Assembly: GCA_023485925.1 (NCBI GenBank)
Contig: JAMDAJ010000059.1
Coordinates: 1 to 46,394 of the forward strand
Length of the DNA stretch: 46,394 bases
Source of the DNA: Patescibacteria group bacterium
Lineage (GTDB): Bacteria > Patescibacteriota > Doudnabacteria > UBA920 > 2-01-FULL-50-11
Direction of reading: 5' to 3'
The translations under genes and the position numbers were made by a program. This document shows positions 44,110 through 46,394 of this stretch, in pieces (within the stretch, counting starts at the first letter, position 1; every line of letters begins with the position of its first letter). A model generated the notes under the pieces. That model had not been told where the DNA came from, made no database searches, and was given only the letters and a program-made list of their open reading frames with translations.

Positions 44110-44485
44110 GGGGCTGTTAAGTTTCGACAGTCGCTCCTTAAAATCTGCTGCAAGCAAGCGCCGCCGCAAGCGTTAATTGCGGCATCGAACAAATGCTAAC
44201 TCATTTGTTTCAAAAGTGAAGGCGGCTTTCATGCCGGCCTTTGCTCCGGCCGTAGCTTAAATACGACTGGCGTCAAATCGCCCCACTCCGATAAGACGAG
44301 GCGACGTATCATCTTCGGACCGCGCTTTGGCTTTCCGTGAGTTGAAGTGGCGGAAGTTATCACGGATCGGACTTTCGGCATTTTGTCGGCTTTAAACTGA
44401 AGGTTCTAAACATTAAAACCGGCTAGGCTTGTAGACGCGGATTTTTTGGACCTCTGGACGCGGGTGCGATTCCCGCCAGCTCCAA
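44110..44485 (+). ncRNA. ssrA: tmRNA (SsrA)
   Basis: 5' GGGGCTG pairs with 3' CAGCTCC, including the G3-U pair. T arm GCGGG-TGCGATT-CCCGC and discriminator A. Tag reading frame 44195-44260 encodes ANSFVSKVKAAFMPAFAPAVA then a stop. Confidence 0.88.
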
Positions 44486-44494
44486 TTTGATATA

Positions 44495-44532
44495 ACTTAG
44501 CACAACTTACGCTAACTTAGCATAAGTTAGCT
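44495..44532 (+). repeat. AACTTAGC direct repeats ending in a perfect 9-bp hairpin
   Basis: aacttagc at 44495, aacttacgc at 44505, aacttagc at 44515. Hairpin gctaactta-gca-taagttagc at 44512-44532. Confidence 0.7.
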
Positions 44533-44543
44533 TCCTTTAGAGG

Positions 44544-44563
44544 CCGATTTATTCGGCTTTTTG
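44544..44563 (+). terminator. terminator after ssrA
   Basis: Stem gccga/tcggc followed by ttttt. Confidence 0.5.
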
Positions 44564-44636
44564 AGTACGGTTACAAATGGATTGCTAAGATTAACGATGA
44601 TTTGACAATCATAACTATCCGCGATAATATCGAGAT

Positions 44637-44873
44637 ATGAAAAAGAAAGTTGTAAAGAAACAAATAACTTTGGACACATTGGCAGGCATGGTTGCCGGTG
44701 GTTTTTCTGATATGGACAGACGGTTTGTAAAAATTGAGGAAAGGCTTTTAAGTGTTGAACAAGGACAGGAAGAAATCAAGCTAAAGCTGGACAATGTCGC
44801 TTACCGTTTTGAAGTGCAGGAATTACAGCGCAGAGTTGCATTGCTGGAAAGGAAAGCGGGCATTTCTCGGTAA
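44637..44873 (+). CDS. small coiled-coil hypothetical protein (78 aa)
   Basis: Lys-rich N-terminus and heptad-like C-terminal half. Confidence 0.5.
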   Translation: MKKKVVKKQITLDTLAGMVAGGFSDMDRRFVKIEERLLSVEQGQEEIKLKLDNVAYRFEVQELQRRVALLERKAGISR

Positions 44874-44932
44874 TTCGAAATGTCTTTTGTCGAAGGGGCT
44901 AATGGTAAGTTGAAAAGGGGTAATAGACAAAC

Positions 44933-46394
44933 GTGAGAGGGGAGGTAAAAAAATTATCGTTCAAGCAGTACATACCGTTTTTTTGTTTGACCGCAATAGG
45001 CGGTTTTTTGTTGCTTCCGCACCATACCCAAGCCGCCCTCACCCTTCCCGCCACCGCCTGCGACCAACAGCAGATCGACTTTCAGATCTATTACGTCAAC
45101 GGCCACCTGACCGACACCAGTCAGCGGGAGGACGGTACCCGGGCCTTTGACTACGGCGCCAGCGGCCAGCCGTTCGTTTCGGCAGATGCAAACGGCGTCG
45201 TCACCTTCAATTTTCACACTTTGTTCACTGCTCCCACCAGTACCACTAGCTATGTCAAGCTGATGGGCTTTTCCGCCGACTGCGCCCCCATCTACGGCCT
45301 GGGCCCGGCTTTCACTAATCCCGTTTCTCCCGGGGATCACGCGTTAATCTACGCCGATAACGGCCACACCGTCACGCTGGACGGCGCAACTCAAATTCAA
45401 TATCCCTCCGGCACCGCCCGCTACATCTGGATCGAAGCCTGGGACGGCGTCCCCGGCTCTTCCGCCGCTTCCTATTCCTATCTCGTGGACTTGCAGGATA
45501 TAAAGAATCCGGTGGATGATTCCACGCCGCCCGAGCCAAGCAGTAAGCGGCCGGTATTGATTGTGCCGGGCCTGGGTGGCACTGACTTGTATTACAACGA
45601 CCAGCTTTCCTGGCCGGATTTAGTGAGGATGTTTGAGTCAAACGATACTTTCCTTCTCAACGAATTATCATTAGATTCGGAGGGCCACAGCCAGGACGCG
45701 GTTAGTTTGGGGGATATAAATAGAAAGACGTCATTGTCTGTAGGTGGAATTACAATATTTGAGCAGAATATTTTTCAGGGCTTACTGGATACGTTAGAGG
45801 CCAACGGGTACGCCGCAGAAGAGACCTATTTCGTTTTCCCCTACGATTGGCGTCTAGACTTGGACAACAGCCTGGATTCATTAAACAACAAAATTGGGCA
45901 AATAAAAATTTTGACCGGTTTTGATTCCGTGGACGTTGTCGCGCACAGCATGGGCGGGCTGCTGGTCAAAGATTACCTCCAAACTTACGGCAAAGACAGC
46001 GTGAATAAGCTTATCTTTGTTGGCACTCCACACTTGGGTGCTCCGAAAGCCGGCAAAACGCTTTTGGAAGGCGATAATTTCGATATCCATATTCTCAACA
46101 ATGGCGTGATGAAGGATTTGGCAGAAAATTATCCAGCGGTCTATGAACTCTTGCCAACTCAGAAATATTTCGATCAGTTCACGGGCTACATCACAAAATA
46201 TGGATTTTTATCAACCCCGCCGCCTTTGGACTACGGCCAAACTAAGGAGTTTCTTTTGAATGAGAGAAATCTAAACTCAATTATGTATGCCAAAGCTGAA
46301 ACCCTGTTTTCTAAAAATCTTCAGGATATGGATTTTTCCGGTCTAGACGTATACAACATTGCTGGTTGCAAAACGTCCACGCAAAGCGCTTACC
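44933..46394 (+). CDS. secreted LCAT/PGAP1-like alpha/beta-hydrolase (lipase or phospholipase), 3' end outside window
   Basis: Absent from the ORF track because it has no in-window stop. Open from the GTG at 44933, just after the in-frame TAG at 44924. Signal peptide KKLSFKQYIPFFCLTAIGGFLLLPHHTQA. PVLIVPGLGGTDL, FPYDWR, and nucleophile elbow VVAHSMGG. Confidence 0.75.
   Translation, partial: MRGEVKKLSFKQYIPFFCLTAIGGFLLLPHHTQAALTLPATACDQQQIDFQIYYVNGHLTDTSQREDGTRAFDYGASGQPFVSADANGVVTFNFHTLFTAPTSTTSYVKLMGFSADCAPIYGLGPAFTNPVSPGDHALIYADNGHTVTLDGATQIQYPSGTARYIWIEAWDGVPGSSAASYSYLVDLQDIKNPVDDSTPPEPSSKRPVLIVPGLGGTDLYYNDQLSWPDLVRMFESNDTFLLNELSLDSEGHSQDAVSLGDINRKTSLSVGGITIFEQNIFQGLLDTLEANGYAAEETYFVFPYDWRLDLDNSLDSLNNKIGQIKILTGFDSVDVVAHSMGGLLVKDYLQTYGKDSVNKLIFVGTPHLGAPKAGKTLLEGDNFDIHILNNGVMKDLAENYPAVYELLPTQKYFDQFTGYITKYGFLSTPPPLDYGQTKEFLLNERNLNSIMYAKAETLFSKNLQDMDFSGLDVYNIAGCKTSTQSAY

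Noticed and set aside
1-46394. Alternative genetic code (UGA read as Gly, as in some candidate phyla)
   Set aside because: UGA terminates several motif-complete genes (CYTH, argS, smpB and the 2336-2926 membrane protein gene), and no conserved gene needs read-through.
44486-46394. Prophage or genomic island integrated at ssrA
   Set aside because: No integrase, no duplicated ssrA 3' end and no phage genes are visible in the available 1.9 kb. This cannot be excluded beyond the window edge.

Overview
This 46.4-kb window is gene-dense, about 50% GC, and uses the standard genetic code (UGA is a stop). Gene content looks like a reduced-genome Patescibacteria/CPR-type bacterium; that assignment is inference only. 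Housekeeping genes (comF, idi, recG, radA, rsmA, recO, ileS, argS, smpB, tmRNA, three tRNAs, an ECF sigma factor) surround a roughly 14-kb minus-strand block at 11781-26078. I read that block as a Gram-positive-type type IV secretion-like locus. It encodes a giant VirB6/TrbL-like membrane protein, a PrgI/VirB3-like protein, a small VirB4-N-domain-like protein, a full VirB4 ATPase, a membrane-anchored Cys-rich protein in the PrgK (wall hydrolase) position, and a TolB-like propeller, plus several secreted proteins. No relaxase, coupling protein or integrase is visible. The block appears to form two operons with near-consensus promoters and terminators. Inside it, a four-helix-bundle (23S-IVS/Avd family) gene is bracketed by inverted heptamer-repeat elements, with an empty copy of the same bracket one gene away. 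Other signals: GTCAT-hairpin repeats, some arranged as inverted doublets; a 25-nt promoter-operator module duplicated on both sides of a PaaX-like regulator; a degenerate tRNA-like fragment beside tRNA-Ser; a 650-bp ORF-free structured region; and a secreted LCAT-like lipase running off the 3' edge. The ORF track omits that lipase ORF and the true 5' extent of comF. All calls come from reading motifs by eye. RNA and regulatory coordinates are good to a few nucleotides at best.
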